NCBI GenBank assembly: GCA_963794385.1
Contig: CAWCDT010000002.1
Location: 160,596 to 224,595, forward strand
Length of the DNA: 64,000 nt
Source of the DNA: an uncultured Gaiellaceae bacterium
GTDB taxonomy: Bacteria; Actinomycetota; Thermoleophilia; Gaiellales; Gaiellaceae
Direction of reading: 5' to 3'
The position numbers were made by a program, and so were the translations under genes. The notes beneath the pieces were generated by a model. It searched no databases. It was given only the letters and a program-made list of their open reading frames with translations, and was not told where the DNA came from. The number at the start of each line of letters is the position of its first letter. The stretch's first letter is position 1. Positions 28,275 to 39,240 of the stretch are shown piece by piece.

Positions 28275-29889
28275 CCTCCGGATCGAGAACCTCGTCCTGG
28301 TGCGGGAGGGAGAGCTCGTGCCGGCCGAGGGCCTGACCGCGATCACGGGTGAAACGGGCGCCGGCAAGACCATCCTCGCGCAGGCGATCGGGCTGCTGCT
28401 CGGCGCGAAGGGCGAGGCGTCCGCGGTCGGCGCGGCCGCGGCCGAGACGTACGTCGAGGCCGAGCTCGACCTGCCGGAAGGATTCTTCGAAGAGGAGGAG
28501 GTCGCCGGTCTCGCCGAGCTCGCGCCCGAGGACGAGCCCTCCCTCGTTCTCGCTCGCCGCGTCTTCGCGGACGGGCGCACGCGTGCGTACGCGTGGGGAC
28601 GTTCCGTCGCCCGGGAGGACATGGCGACGGCCGCCGAGCGACTGATCGCGATGTCCGGCCAGTTCGAGCAGCGCCGACTCGGACGGCCGTCCTACCAGCT
28701 CGACGTGCTCGACGCGTTCAGCGGCGAGGAGCAGCTCCGCCGCCGTCGCGAGGCGCGGACGGCCTGGCGGGAGCTCGCCGCCGCACGCAGGCGGCACGAC
28801 GAGCTGACGCGCGGCGCCGCCGCTGAGGAGGCGCGCGTGCGGGAGCTGGCGGCGCTCGCCGAGGCGACCGAGGGCTTCGAGCCCGGCGGCGAGGACGAGT
28901 TGAGAGCGGAGCGGGAGCGGCTGCGTCACGTCACCGAGCTCGCCGAGGGGGCGCAGCGGGCGGCCGAGGCGCTCGCGCCCGAGGACGGTGACGGGGCCGC
29001 TGCGCTCGCGGCAGCAGCAGAGCGTTCGCTTGCGCCGCTCGAGCGGCTCGCACCCGAGTTGGCGCGCGCCGGGGAGGAGCTGCGGGACGTCGAGCTCCGC
29101 CTGCGCGAGCTCGGTTCCGACCTGCGCAGCTTCCTTGCCTCGCTCGAGGCGGAGCCAGACCGGCTCGAGCAGGTCGAGAGTGAGCTCGAGCGGATCGCGG
29201 ACGCGCGCCGGCGCTTCGGCGCGGCCGACTACGACGACCTGCTCGCGCGCGCCGCGTCCGCCCGGGAAGAGCTCGCCGCGCTCGAGGGCGGCCTCGACCC
29301 AGTCGCGGCCGCAGCGGAGGCGCGGGATGCCGCCGAAGCGACGTCGCAGCGGCTCGCGGCTGAGCTGAGGGCTGTTCGCGAGCAGGCCGCGCCTCCCTTC
29401 GCCGCGGCCGTGGCCGAGGAGCTGCGCGGCGTCGGCATGGGGGAGGGCGAGTTCCGCGTCGAGCTGCGCGAGCGCGACGAGGGCCCCGCAGGCGCCGACG
29501 AGGCCGTCTTTCTCATCCGCCCGAACCCGGGGCTCCCCTACGGGCCCGTCGCCGAGACGGCCTCCGGCGGCGAGCTCTCCCGCGTGGCGCTCGCGATTGC
29601 CGCAGTCGCGGGAGGCGAGACGATCGTCTTCGACGAGATCGACGCCGGCATCGGAGGCGAGACGGCGCATGCCGTCGCCGCGACGCTCAGACGCCTCGCC
29701 GAGCGCGCCCAGGTGATCACGATCACCCACCTCCCGCAAATCGCGAGCGTCGCCGACGCCCATTACCGGGTCGAGAAGATCCCGGGCGACCCGACCCACA
29801 CCCGGATCGAGCGCCTCGACGACGCCCAACGGCGCGACGAGCTCGAGCGCATGCTCGGCGGCAAAGAGTTCATCTCCGCCCTGCGATGA
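28264..29889 (+). CDS. recN: DNA repair protein RecN
   Basis: 541 aa. The Walker A motif is ITGETGAGKTIL. A long coiled coil follows, then the signature SGGELSRVALAI, FDEIDAGIGG, and VITITHLPQIA. Confidence 0.93.
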   Translation: MLRSLRIENLVLVREGELVPAEGLTAITGETGAGKTILAQAIGLLLGAKGEASAVGAAAAETYVEAELDLPEGFFEEEEVAGLAELAPEDEPSLVLARRVFADGRTRAYAWGRSVAREDMATAAERLIAMSGQFEQRRLGRPSYQLDVLDAFSGEEQLRRRREARTAWRELAAARRRHDELTRGAAAEEARVRELAALAEATEGFEPGGEDELRAERERLRHVTELAEGAQRAAEALAPEDGDGAAALAAAAERSLAPLERLAPELARAGEELRDVELRLRELGSDLRSFLASLEAEPDRLEQVESELERIADARRRFGAADYDDLLARAASAREELAALEGGLDPVAAAAEARDAAEATSQRLAAELRAVREQAAPPFAAAVAEELRGVGMGEGEFRVELRERDEGPAGADEAVFLIRPNPGLPYGPVAETASGGELSRVALAIAAVAGGETIVFDEIDAGIGGETAHAVAATLRRLAERAQVITITHLPQIASVADAHYRVEKIPGDPTHTRIERLDDAQRRDELERMLGGKEFISALR

Positions 29890-29893
29890 ACCC

Positions 29894-30994
29894 ATGAGCC
29901 TCATTGAGCACACCGGCACGGCCCGCCTCGGCAAGCGGACGAAAGAGCTCGTCCGCCGGCTGAACGAGGACGACATCGCGATCATCGACCACACCGACCT
30001 CGACCGCGTCTCGGCCGAGGAGCTCGTCGAGTCGGGTGTCCGCGTCGTCGTCAACGTCGCGCCGTCGCAGTCGGGGCGGTTTCCGAACCCCGGCCCGCTC
30101 CTGCTCGTCCGCGGCGGCGTCCGCCTGATCGACGTCGAGGACGCCGCGCTCTTCGACGAGCTGTCCGACGGTGAGCGCCTGACCGTTCGCGGCGCCAGCC
30201 TGTTCCGGAACGGCACGTGCGTCGCCACAGGGCGGTCGCTCGAGGAACGCGAGCTCGCCGGGGCGCTTGAGGAGCAGCAGGGCCGCGTCACCGAAGCGCT
30301 GCAGGCCTTCGCCGACAACACGATGCGCTACCTGCGCGAGGAGGGCCGCCTGCTCACCGAGGGAATCGAGTTCCCTGCGCTCCGGACGAGCTTCCGCGAC
30401 CGGCATGCCCTCGTCGTCGCCCGAGGGCCCGGGCACAAGCGCGACCTGCGAATCGTCCGTTCCTACGTGCGCGACTTCAAGCCGGTGCTCGTCGCGGTCG
30501 ACGGCGGCGCGGAGGCGCTGCGCGAGGAGGGGTGGACGCCCGACGTGATCGTCGGCGACATGGACTCGGTCACAGACGACACGCTTCGCTGCGGCGCTGA
30601 GGTGCTCGTGCACGCCTACCGCGAAGGCCATGCGCCCGGCGAGGAGCGCTTGCAGCGTCTGGACGTTCCCTTCCAGACGGTCTCGGCGCCCGGCATCTCT
30701 GAGGACATCGCGCTCTTGCTGGCGCACGAGAAGGGCGCCGAGCTGATCGTCGCGGTCGGGACGCACTTCAACCTGGTCGAGTTCCTCGAGCGGAACCGCG
30801 CCGGGATGTCGTCCACGTTCGTGACGCGGCTGAAGGTGGGCGAGATCCTGATCGACGCGAAGGGTGTCTCGCGGCTCGTCAGCCGCAGGATCGGCGTCTG
30901 GCCGCTCGTCCTCTTCGCCGTCGCCGCCTTTCTTGCCCTCGCGGTCGCCGTGCTGGCGTCGCCCGCGTTGCGGAACCTCCTCGGACTAGGCTGA
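29894..30994 (+). CDS. steA: SteA-like putative cytokinetic ring protein (thiamine pyrophosphokinase-like domain plus C-terminal TM)
   Basis: GTARLGKRTKELVRRL, IAIIDHTDLD, VVGDMDSV, and a C-terminal TM helix. Paired with an MctB/SteB-type gene, as in Corynebacterium and Mycobacterium. Confidence 0.7.
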   Translation: MSLIEHTGTARLGKRTKELVRRLNEDDIAIIDHTDLDRVSAEELVESGVRVVVNVAPSQSGRFPNPGPLLLVRGGVRLIDVEDAALFDELSDGERLTVRGASLFRNGTCVATGRSLEERELAGALEEQQGRVTEALQAFADNTMRYLREEGRLLTEGIEFPALRTSFRDRHALVVARGPGHKRDLRIVRSYVRDFKPVLVAVDGGAEALREEGWTPDVIVGDMDSVTDDTLRCGAEVLVHAYREGHAPGEERLQRLDVPFQTVSAPGISEDIALLLAHEKGAELIVAVGTHFNLVEFLERNRAGMSSTFVTRLKVGEILIDAKGVSRLVSRRIGVWPLVLFAVAAFLALAVAVLASPALRNLLGLG

Positions 30995-31000
30995 GCAACC

Positions 31001-31882
31001 GTGTTCGACCTGCGCTACCACGTCGCCTCGCTGGCGGCCGTCTTCCTCATGCTCGTCGTCGGGATCCTGATCGGCGTCGGCATCTCGGGGCGCGGCTTCG
31101 TCGACGACGCCGAACGCGACCGGCTGAACGGGCGTATCGCAGAGCTCGAGGAGGAGGTCGACGCGGCGGGCGCCTCCGCCGACGAGCTCCAGGACCGCCA
31201 GCGCGCAGCCGAACAATTCGTCGAGAGCGCCTATCCCGTTCTGGTCGAGAACCGGCTCGAGGGCAAGCGGGTCGCCGTGCTCGTGCTCGGCTCGCGCGAC
31301 CAGGCGGTCGACTTCGTCCGGCGGGCGGTCGGCGACGGGGACGGCCGGTTGGCGCGGATGCGCGCGGTGACGCTGCCCCTCCGACAGGAGGCGGTCGAGT
31401 CCGCCATCGCTTCGCGGCCCGAGCTCGGCGGCTACGTCGGCGACGAGCAGCTGAGCAATCTCGGCCGCGATCTCGGCCGCGAGCTCGTTGCGGGCGGCGA
31501 GACGCCGCTGTGGGACGCGCTCGAAGGCGAGGTCGTCGAAGAGCGCATCGGCGACTTCTCCGAGCCTGTGGACGGGGTCGTCGTCATGCGGACGGCGCCG
31601 CCGCAGGCGGGCGAGAGTGCCCGTTTCCTCAACGGCCTCTACCAGGGCCTCGGGAGCGCGGCCGTTCCGGCTGTCGGGGTCGAGCCCAGCCGGGTCGAGG
31701 AGAGCACGATCCCGACGTTCCAGCGCCACCGCCTCTCGACCGTCGACGGGATCGACACCGAGCTCGGCCAGCTCGCAATGGTGCTCCTGCTCGCGGACGC
31801 CGACCCCGGCGACTACGGCGTCCGCGAGACGGCACACGACGGGATCGTGCCGCCGATCGTGCCCCTGCCGGCCGGTGAATGA
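31001..31882 (+). CDS. copper transporter MctB / SteB family membrane protein
   Basis: MFDLRYHVASLAAVFLMLVVGILIGVG is the family N-terminus, followed by a coiled coil and then a periplasmic domain. Confidence 0.7.
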   Translation: MFDLRYHVASLAAVFLMLVVGILIGVGISGRGFVDDAERDRLNGRIAELEEEVDAAGASADELQDRQRAAEQFVESAYPVLVENRLEGKRVAVLVLGSRDQAVDFVRRAVGDGDGRLARMRAVTLPLRQEAVESAIASRPELGGYVGDEQLSNLGRDLGRELVAGGETPLWDALEGEVVEERIGDFSEPVDGVVVMRTAPPQAGESARFLNGLYQGLGSAAVPAVGVEPSRVEESTIPTFQRHRLSTVDGIDTELGQLAMVLLLADADPGDYGVRETAHDGIVPPIVPLPAGE

Positions 31883-33092
31883 CCTCACCATCCTCGTCGC
31901 GGCGCGCGACGAGGAAGCGCGGATCGGCGGGACGGTGCGCGAGCTGCGGCGGCGCTTCCCCGAGGCGGAGATCCTCGTCGCGGACGACGGGTCGCGCGAC
32001 GCGACCGCTTCGGTTGCCGAGCACGCGGGCGCCCGTGTCGTTCGGCTCCCGCGCCGCGGCAAGGGTCAGGCGCTCACGGTGGCCGAGCGCGAGGCGGCGC
32101 CGGGCCCCCTCCTGCTCTGCGATGCCGACCTACGCGGCGACCTGGGCCCGCTCACCGGCGGGGAGGCCGATCTGACCGTCGCTGCGTTCGCACGCAAGCA
32201 GGGCGGCGGCTTCGGCATCGCCAAGCGGTCGTCCCGCGCACTGATCGAGGCACTTTCCGGCTACCGGGCGCGGGAGCCGCTCTCCGGCCAACGCCTGTTG
32301 AAACCGGAGGCGCGGCGCGCGTGCTTCCCCGTGGCGGCGGGCTTCGGCGTCGAGACGCGAATGACGATCGACGCGGTCCGGGCGAGGCTCTCGATCGCGG
32401 AAGTCGACGTCGACCTCGAGCACCGCGCGACCGTCCGAGACCTCCTCGGCTTTCTCCACCGGGGCCGCCAGCTCCGGGACATGCTCCTCTCAGTCGGCCC
32501 GACTGCGGTCAACCACCGCGGCCTGCGGCTGCCGCTCGTCGGCTGGGTCGCCGGCCTCGCGCAGCCGGAGCTCCTGCCCGTAACCGCGATCGGTGTCGCC
32601 GACGACCTCTGGAGCGGCGAGGAGCGTGGCTTCCGCGCACACCTGCGGGCAGGCGGCACGACGGGCGTCCTCAAGCTCGTCGGCATCCCTGCGTTCGCGC
32701 TCTGGCGGACACGTTCGGTGTCGGGCGCGGTGCTCGTCGGCCTCGCCGCGAACGTGCTGAACCAGCTCGACACACGTCCCGGACGGGCGCTGAAGGCCTT
32801 CGCGCTCGGCTCGCTGCTCCTCCGCGGCGCGCCCCGTGGGGCTGCTGCGGCGGCCGTCCTGCTCGCGCCCTACGATCTTCGAGAGATGGTGATGCTGGGG
32901 GACTCGGGCTCGAACACGCTCGGCGCCGTGCTAGGTTTCAGGTCCGTGGGCATGCTCACGGAGAGGCAACGCTGGAGCGCGATCACGGCGCTCGCGGGCC
33001 TCACCCTCCTCGGGGAACGGCGGTCGTTGGGCGCGGCGATCGAACGAACACCCGTCCTTCGCGAGCTCGACGCCCTGGGAAGGCAGCCCTAA
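31875..33092 (+). CDS. family 2 glycosyltransferase fused to a truncated MraY/WecA-like (GT4) membrane domain
   Basis: GTG at 31875. The N-terminal half is GT2 ([17 protein letters not shown]). The C-terminal half has [15 protein letters not shown] and [11 protein letters not shown], which resemble the MraY motifs NAVNLTDGLDGL and MGDTGSLALG. Confidence 0.65.
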   Translation: MNDLTILVAARDEEARIGGTVRELRRRFPEAEILVADDGSRDATASVAEHAGARVVRLPRRGKGQALTVAEREAAPGPLLLCDADLRGDLGPLTGGEADLTVAAFARKQGGGFGIAKRSSRALIEALSGYRAREPLSGQRLLKPEARRACFPVAAGFGVETRMTIDAVRARLSIAEVDVDLEHRATVRDLLGFLHRGRQLRDMLLSVGPTAVNHRGLRLPLVGWVAGLAQPELLPVTAIGVADDLWSGEERGFRAHLRAGGTTGVLKLVGIPAFALWRTRSVSGAVLVGLAANVLNQLDTRPGRALKAFALGSLLLRGAPRGAAAAAVLLAPYDLREMVMLGDSGSNTLGAVLGFRSVGMLTERQRWSAITALAGLTLLGERRSLGAAIERTPVLRELDALGRQP

Positions 33093-33093
33093 C

Positions 33094-34727
<1,634 letters not shown>

Positions 34728-34731
<4 letters not shown>

Positions 34732-35084
34732 TCGGCGACCGGCCAGCAGGCCGAAACGAGAAACGGCATCCCGGCGACGGACGTCTCCGAGGCGCGGAAC
34801 TCGACCTCCACGGGCTCGCCGCCCTTGCGCAGGAACGTCCACCGCCCGCTGCGCCGCCGATCCCGGATTACGAGCAGGAGCAGCTCATCGACGTCCACGT
34901 CGGGCATGACATCCCGCGCCGTCAGGCCAAGCAGCTCCTCCCGCTCGTAGCCGAGCAGCTCGCACGCCGAGCGGCTCACGGCCACGTAGCGGAGGTCGTC
35001 TCCGACCACGAAGATCGCCACCGGCCCGTTGTCGAAGGCCTCCGAGAGGAGAGTTGCTTGAATCAGCGGGTCGGCGACACTCAC
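34728..35084 (-). CDS. PAS domain protein (single domain)
   Basis: 118 aa. [38 protein letters not shown] is a PAS core. Its stop overlaps the pyrG stop (TTAG). Confidence 0.7.
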
Positions 35085-36229
35085 GGCTCCTAGAAGGTAT
35101 CGAATCTTGCCGGAAGCTCGCTAGTAACCCACTCAATCTTTTCCTAGAGTTAACGTCGATCCCGAGTCCGCCGGGCGACGAACGGGCGGTCGCGGATCGG
35201 GTTGCGGCCGAGCTCCGGGCGATCGGGCTCGAGGTCGAGGAGGACGACGCGGGCCCGGCGATCGGGTCGAACGCCGGCAACCTGCTCTGCCGGTTGCCGG
35301 GCCGCGTCGACGGCGGCACGCCGGTCTTCTTCTGCGCGCACCTGGACACGGTCCCGCCGCAGGGGCCGCTTGAGCCGATCGTCGAGGACGGCGTCGTCCG
35401 TAACGCCGCCGGCACGATCCTGGGGGCGGACAACAAGTCCGCCGTAGTCACGATGATCGAGGGGGCCCGCCGCCTCGTCGCGGACGGGCGTCCTCATCCC
35501 GGCGTGGAGCTCCTCTTCACGCAGAAGGAGGAGGTCGGGCTGCTCGGCGCCGGCGCCTTCGACCACACGAAGCTCGAAGCCGAGCTGGGGTTCGTCTACG
35601 ACCAGGCGGCCCCGATCGGAGACGTGATCATGGGTGCGCCCCACGGCAGCCAGATGCGCGTCCGCTTCCACGGCAGGCCCGCCCACTCAGGAATGGTCCC
35701 GGAGGAGGGGCGGTCGGCGATCGCGGCGGCGGCCCGCGCGATCGCAGACCTGCGGCTGGGGCGCCTCGACGACGAGACCACCGCAAACGTCGGCCTGATC
35801 AGCGGTGGCAGCGCCCGCAACATCGTCCCGGAGTGGTGCGAGCTGGAGGCCGAGGCGCGGTCGCACGACGCTCGGAAGCTCTCCGACCTCGTCCAGGAGA
35901 TGCTGGACACGTTCGCGTTCGCGGCGAGCCTCGCCGAGTGCACGCTCGAGACGGAGGTGAGCGAGACGTATTCGGGCTACCGCTTCAGACGCGACGATCC
36001 GATCGTGCAGCTGGCCGCGACTGCGCTGGAGCGCTGCGGGTACCGGCTCAACCCGACGCTCACGGGCGGCGGGGCCGACGCGAACGTCTTCAACCAGCGC
36101 GGGCTGCCCTGCCTCAACCTCGCGAACGGCATGGCGGAGATCCACACTGCCGACGAGCACATCGCGGTCGCCGACCTCGCGGCGATGGTCGACGTGACCC
36201 TGGCGCTGGTCGATGCCGCTCGGGCTTAG
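35054..36229 (+). CDS. M20 family metallopeptidase (PepT/ArgE-like)
   Basis: IPSPPGDE, FCAHLDTV, GADNKSA, EEVGLLGA, and the dimerisation domain. TTG at 35054 is the only in-frame start upstream of the conserved N-terminus. It overlaps the PAS gene start by 31 nt. Confidence 0.82.
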   Translation: MLESAGRRHSRLLEGIESCRKLASNPLNLFLELTSIPSPPGDERAVADRVAAELRAIGLEVEEDDAGPAIGSNAGNLLCRLPGRVDGGTPVFFCAHLDTVPPQGPLEPIVEDGVVRNAAGTILGADNKSAVVTMIEGARRLVADGRPHPGVELLFTQKEEVGLLGAGAFDHTKLEAELGFVYDQAAPIGDVIMGAPHGSQMRVRFHGRPAHSGMVPEEGRSAIAAAARAIADLRLGRLDDETTANVGLISGGSARNIVPEWCELEAEARSHDARKLSDLVQEMLDTFAFAASLAECTLETEVSETYSGYRFRRDDPIVQLAATALERCGYRLNPTLTGGGADANVFNQRGLPCLNLANGMAEIHTADEHIAVADLAAMVDVTLALVDAARA

Positions 36230-37157
36230 GCGCGGCCGCGTCACAGCGATCGGCGAGCGTCTTGAGCGCCTCGTCAGGCTCGAGGTCGACGGGATCGCGT
36301 GCGTGGCGTACCCTCGGCTGACCGGGGAGGTCGAGCTCGGTGACGACGTCCTCGTGAACGAGCAGGCGCGCGCTCTCGGGCTCGGCTCGGGCGGTTTCGA
36401 CGTCCTCTACGCGAACCTGACGCGCGGGCTCGGCCTCGCGCCCGAACCGGGCGCTCACGTGATGGCGCTCCCCTATGCACCGGGACAGGTCGCCGTCGGC
36501 GCCAGGGAGGAGTCGGACGAGCTCGCAATGTCGCTCGACGGGTTGCCGGTGGTGCTCTGCACGCTCCACAGCCAGGTCGCGCCCGTGTGTGCCGGGCTGG
36601 GCGGCGGGCTCCGGGTCGCGTATGTCCAGGTTGCGGGCGGGGCGCTCCCGGTGTCGCTCTCGGACACGCTGAGGACGCTGCGGGGCCGCGGGCTGCTGGA
36701 GATCGCGTGCGCCGTCGCCCCGTGCTTCGACGGTGAGGCGCAGTTCGTGACCGTGGCCGCCGCGCTCGCTTGGGCGAGAGCGCAGGGGTATCACGTCATC
36801 GTCTGCTCGGTCGGGCCGGGGATCGTCGGCACCGGCTCGCGGCTCGGCCACGGCGCGCTCGCGCTCGCGGATGCCGCCAACGCGGCGACCGCGCTCGGCG
36901 GACGGCCCGTGCTGGCGGTGCGTGCGTCGGAAGCCGACCCACGTGGCCGCCATCGCGGCGTCTCTCATCACACGCAGGCTGTGCTCGACCTCGCGCTCGG
37001 CAAGGTCGTCGTCGCCGAGGACGCGGACGGGGAAGGGTGGGAGGAGGCCACCGCGGAGCTGCCGCTCGACCACATGGGCCGCGGCCGGGCCGGAGACCCG
37101 GCCTTCTTCCGTGCCGCGTTTGCAGCGGGTGCCGCCGCACGGAAGTTGCTCGGCTGA
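36213..37157 (+). CDS. DUF3866 family protein
   Basis: 314 aa. Overall pattern (RGRVTAI..., VNEQARALGLGSGGFDV, HSQVAPV, VCSVGPGIVGTGSRLGHG) recalled as DUF3866. Function unknown. Confidence 0.6.
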   Translation: MPLGLRRGRVTAIGERLERLVRLEVDGIACVAYPRLTGEVELGDDVLVNEQARALGLGSGGFDVLYANLTRGLGLAPEPGAHVMALPYAPGQVAVGAREESDELAMSLDGLPVVLCTLHSQVAPVCAGLGGGLRVAYVQVAGGALPVSLSDTLRTLRGRGLLEIACAVAPCFDGEAQFVTVAAALAWARAQGYHVIVCSVGPGIVGTGSRLGHGALALADAANAATALGGRPVLAVRASEADPRGRHRGVSHHTQAVLDLALGKVVVAEDADGEGWEEATAELPLDHMGRGRAGDPAFFRAAFAAGAAARKLLG

Positions 37158-37933
37158 TGGAGGAGCGCCGCCTGGGGCCGGTTGTCGGGCTCGGCACCTG
37201 GAACACATTCGGCGGCGACGAGGCACGGGCGCGGGCGGTAGTGAGCGCTGCGCTCGACGCGGGTACGCGCTCGTTCGACTCGTCGCCGATGTACGGCGGC
37301 GCCGAGCGCGCGCTCGGGTCCGCGCTCGACGGTCGCCGGAGCGACGCAATCGTGCTTACGAAGATCTGGTCGCCTTCACCGGACGAGGCCCGCGCCCAGC
37401 TCGAGCGACAGACGGCGTGGTTCGGCCACGTCGACGTCGAGCAGGTGCACAATCTGGTCGCGTGGGGGCAGCACCTGCCCTGGCTCGAGGCCGAACGGGA
37501 GGCGGGCCGGGTCGGCCGGATCGGCGTCACCCATTACTCGCCGTCCGCGTTCGAGGAGCTCGAGCGCGCGCTCCGCACGGGCCGCTTCGAGGTGGTCCAG
37601 GTTCCGCTCAACCCGCACGAGCGCGTGTGCGAGCGGAGGCTGCTCCCGCTGGCCGCCGAGCTCGGCGTCGCAGTCGTCGTGATGCGCCCGTTCAGCGCGG
37701 CCGCGTTGCTGGCGCGACCGCCCGCGCCCGCCGATCTGGCTCCGCTCGCGCCGTTCGGCGTCGAGACGTGGCCGCAGGCGCTGCTCAAGTGGGCGCTCTC
37801 CGACCCGCGCGTCGACCTCGTCATCCCCGCGACGAAGCGGCCGGAGCGCGCCGTCGAGAACGCCGCCGCGGGGTCGCCGCCCTGGTTCGACCCCGAGGAG
37901 CGGGCCCTCGTCGAGCGTCTGGCGGGCGGGTGA
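37157..37933 (+). CDS. aldo/keto reductase
   Basis: The ATG at 37157 overlaps the upstream stop (TGATG). GLGTWNTFG, FDSSPMYGGAE, and GVTHYS. 258 aa. Confidence 0.85.
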   Translation: MEERRLGPVVGLGTWNTFGGDEARARAVVSAALDAGTRSFDSSPMYGGAERALGSALDGRRSDAIVLTKIWSPSPDEARAQLERQTAWFGHVDVEQVHNLVAWGQHLPWLEAEREAGRVGRIGVTHYSPSAFEELERALRTGRFEVVQVPLNPHERVCERRLLPLAAELGVAVVVMRPFSAAALLARPPAPADLAPLAPFGVETWPQALLKWALSDPRVDLVIPATKRPERAVENAAAGSPPWFDPEERALVERLAGG

Positions 37934-37952
37934 CGGTATCGTTGCGCGGCCC

Positions 37953-39077
37953 ATGCGCATCGGCGTCGCGAAGGAGATCAAGCCGCAGGAGTACCGCATT
38001 GCGCTGACACCGGCCGGCGCGCGGGAGCTCGTCCAGCTCGGGCACGAGGTCGTGGTCGAGTCCGGCGCGGGCATGGGGAGCCAGTTCCCCGATGCCGACT
38101 ACGAGGCGAACGGGGCCAGCATCGCATCGGTGGACGAGGTCTGGGAGAGCGCCGAGCTCCTGCTGAAGGTGAAGGAGCCCATCGCGGCGGAGTATCCGCG
38201 CCTGCGTGAGGGCCTCGTGCTCTTCACGTACCTGCACATCGCCGCCGACGAGCCGCTGACGAGCGCGCTCGTCGACAGCGGGATCACCGCCGTCGCCTAC
38301 GAGACGGTGGAGACGGACGATCGGCGGCTGCCGCTTCTGGCGCCGATGAGCGAGGTGGCCGGTCGCTTGGCGGCCCAGGCCGGCGCGCACTATCTCGAGC
38401 GGCCGAAGGGCGGCCGTGGGCTCCTGCTCGGCGGCGTCGCGGGCGTCGCGCCGGGCAAGGTAGTGGTGATCGGAGGCGGGATCGTCGGCTACAACGCCGC
38501 CGTGATCGCCCTCGGTCTCGGCGCCCAGGTGACGATCCTCGAGCGCTCGGTCGACCGCATGCGCCATCTGGAGGAGACGCTGCACGGCCGGGTCAGCCTC
38601 GTGATGTCGAACACGCTCCAGATCGAGGAGTCCGTGCGCGACGCCGACGTCGTGATCGGGGCCGTGCTGATCCCTGGGGCGCTCGCGCCGAAGCTCCTCA
38701 CGCGCGAGATGGTCGCCGGCATGAGGGACGGCGCCGTCTTCTGTGACGTCGCAATCGATCAGGGCGGCTGCGCCGAGACCTCGCGCCCCACGACTCACGA
38801 CGACCCGGTGTACGTCGTCGACGGCGTCATCCACTACTGCGTCGCGAACATGCCCGGCGCCGTGCCGATCACCTCGACGAAGGCGCTCACCAACGTAACG
38901 CTGCCGTACGTCGAGGCGGTCGCCGAGCAGGGGCTCGCCGAGGCGGTCGCACGCGACCGGACGCTGGCCCGGGGCGTGAACGTGCTCGGCGGCCGGATCA
39001 CGTACGAGGCCGTCGCCGAGGCCCACGACCTCGAGTACACGCCCCTGGACGAAATCCTCGGCGCTTCGGCAGTCTAG
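37953..39077 (+). CDS. ald: alanine dehydrogenase
   Basis: 374 aa. MRIGVAKEIKPQEYRIALTP, the NAD site VVVIGGGIVGYNAA, and HYCVANMPGAVP. Confidence 0.95.
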   Translation: MRIGVAKEIKPQEYRIALTPAGARELVQLGHEVVVESGAGMGSQFPDADYEANGASIASVDEVWESAELLLKVKEPIAAEYPRLREGLVLFTYLHIAADEPLTSALVDSGITAVAYETVETDDRRLPLLAPMSEVAGRLAAQAGAHYLERPKGGRGLLLGGVAGVAPGKVVVIGGGIVGYNAAVIALGLGAQVTILERSVDRMRHLEETLHGRVSLVMSNTLQIEESVRDADVVIGAVLIPGALAPKLLTREMVAGMRDGAVFCDVAIDQGGCAETSRPTTHDDPVYVVDGVIHYCVANMPGAVPITSTKALTNVTLPYVEAVAEQGLAEAVARDRTLARGVNVLGGRITYEAVAEAHDLEYTPLDEILGASAV

Positions 39078-39220
39078 GAAGCCGGAGTCTTTTTCGCCTC
39101 GAGCTGCTTCTGGCTCTTCGACGGGCTCAGCTTGACGACGACCCACGTCACGCCGCAGGCGAGCGCGACGATGACGACGATGTAGACGGCGAGGCCGAGC
39201 AATCCGAGGACTGTCTCCAT
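39074..39220 (-). CDS. possible 48-aa single-pass membrane protein
   Basis: ATG at 39220, METVLGLLGLAVYIVVIVALACGVTWVVVKLSPSKSQKQLEAKKTPAS, with high GC3. Its stop overlaps the ald stop (CTAG). It is below the ORF-track length cutoff and has no homology support. Confidence 0.35.
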   Translation of the reverse strand: METVLGLLGLAVYIVVIVALACGVTWVVVKLSPSKSQKQLEAKKTPAS

Positions 39221-39228
39221 GTGCGCCG

Positions 39229-39234
39229 TAGAAT
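39229..39234 (+). promoter_or_regulatory. possible -10 element (TAGAAT) for a leaderless deoB transcript
   Basis: TAGAAT ends 6 nt before the deoB GTG at 39241. No Shine-Dalgarno sequence intervenes. Confidence 0.3.
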
Positions 39235-39240
39235 AGCCAC

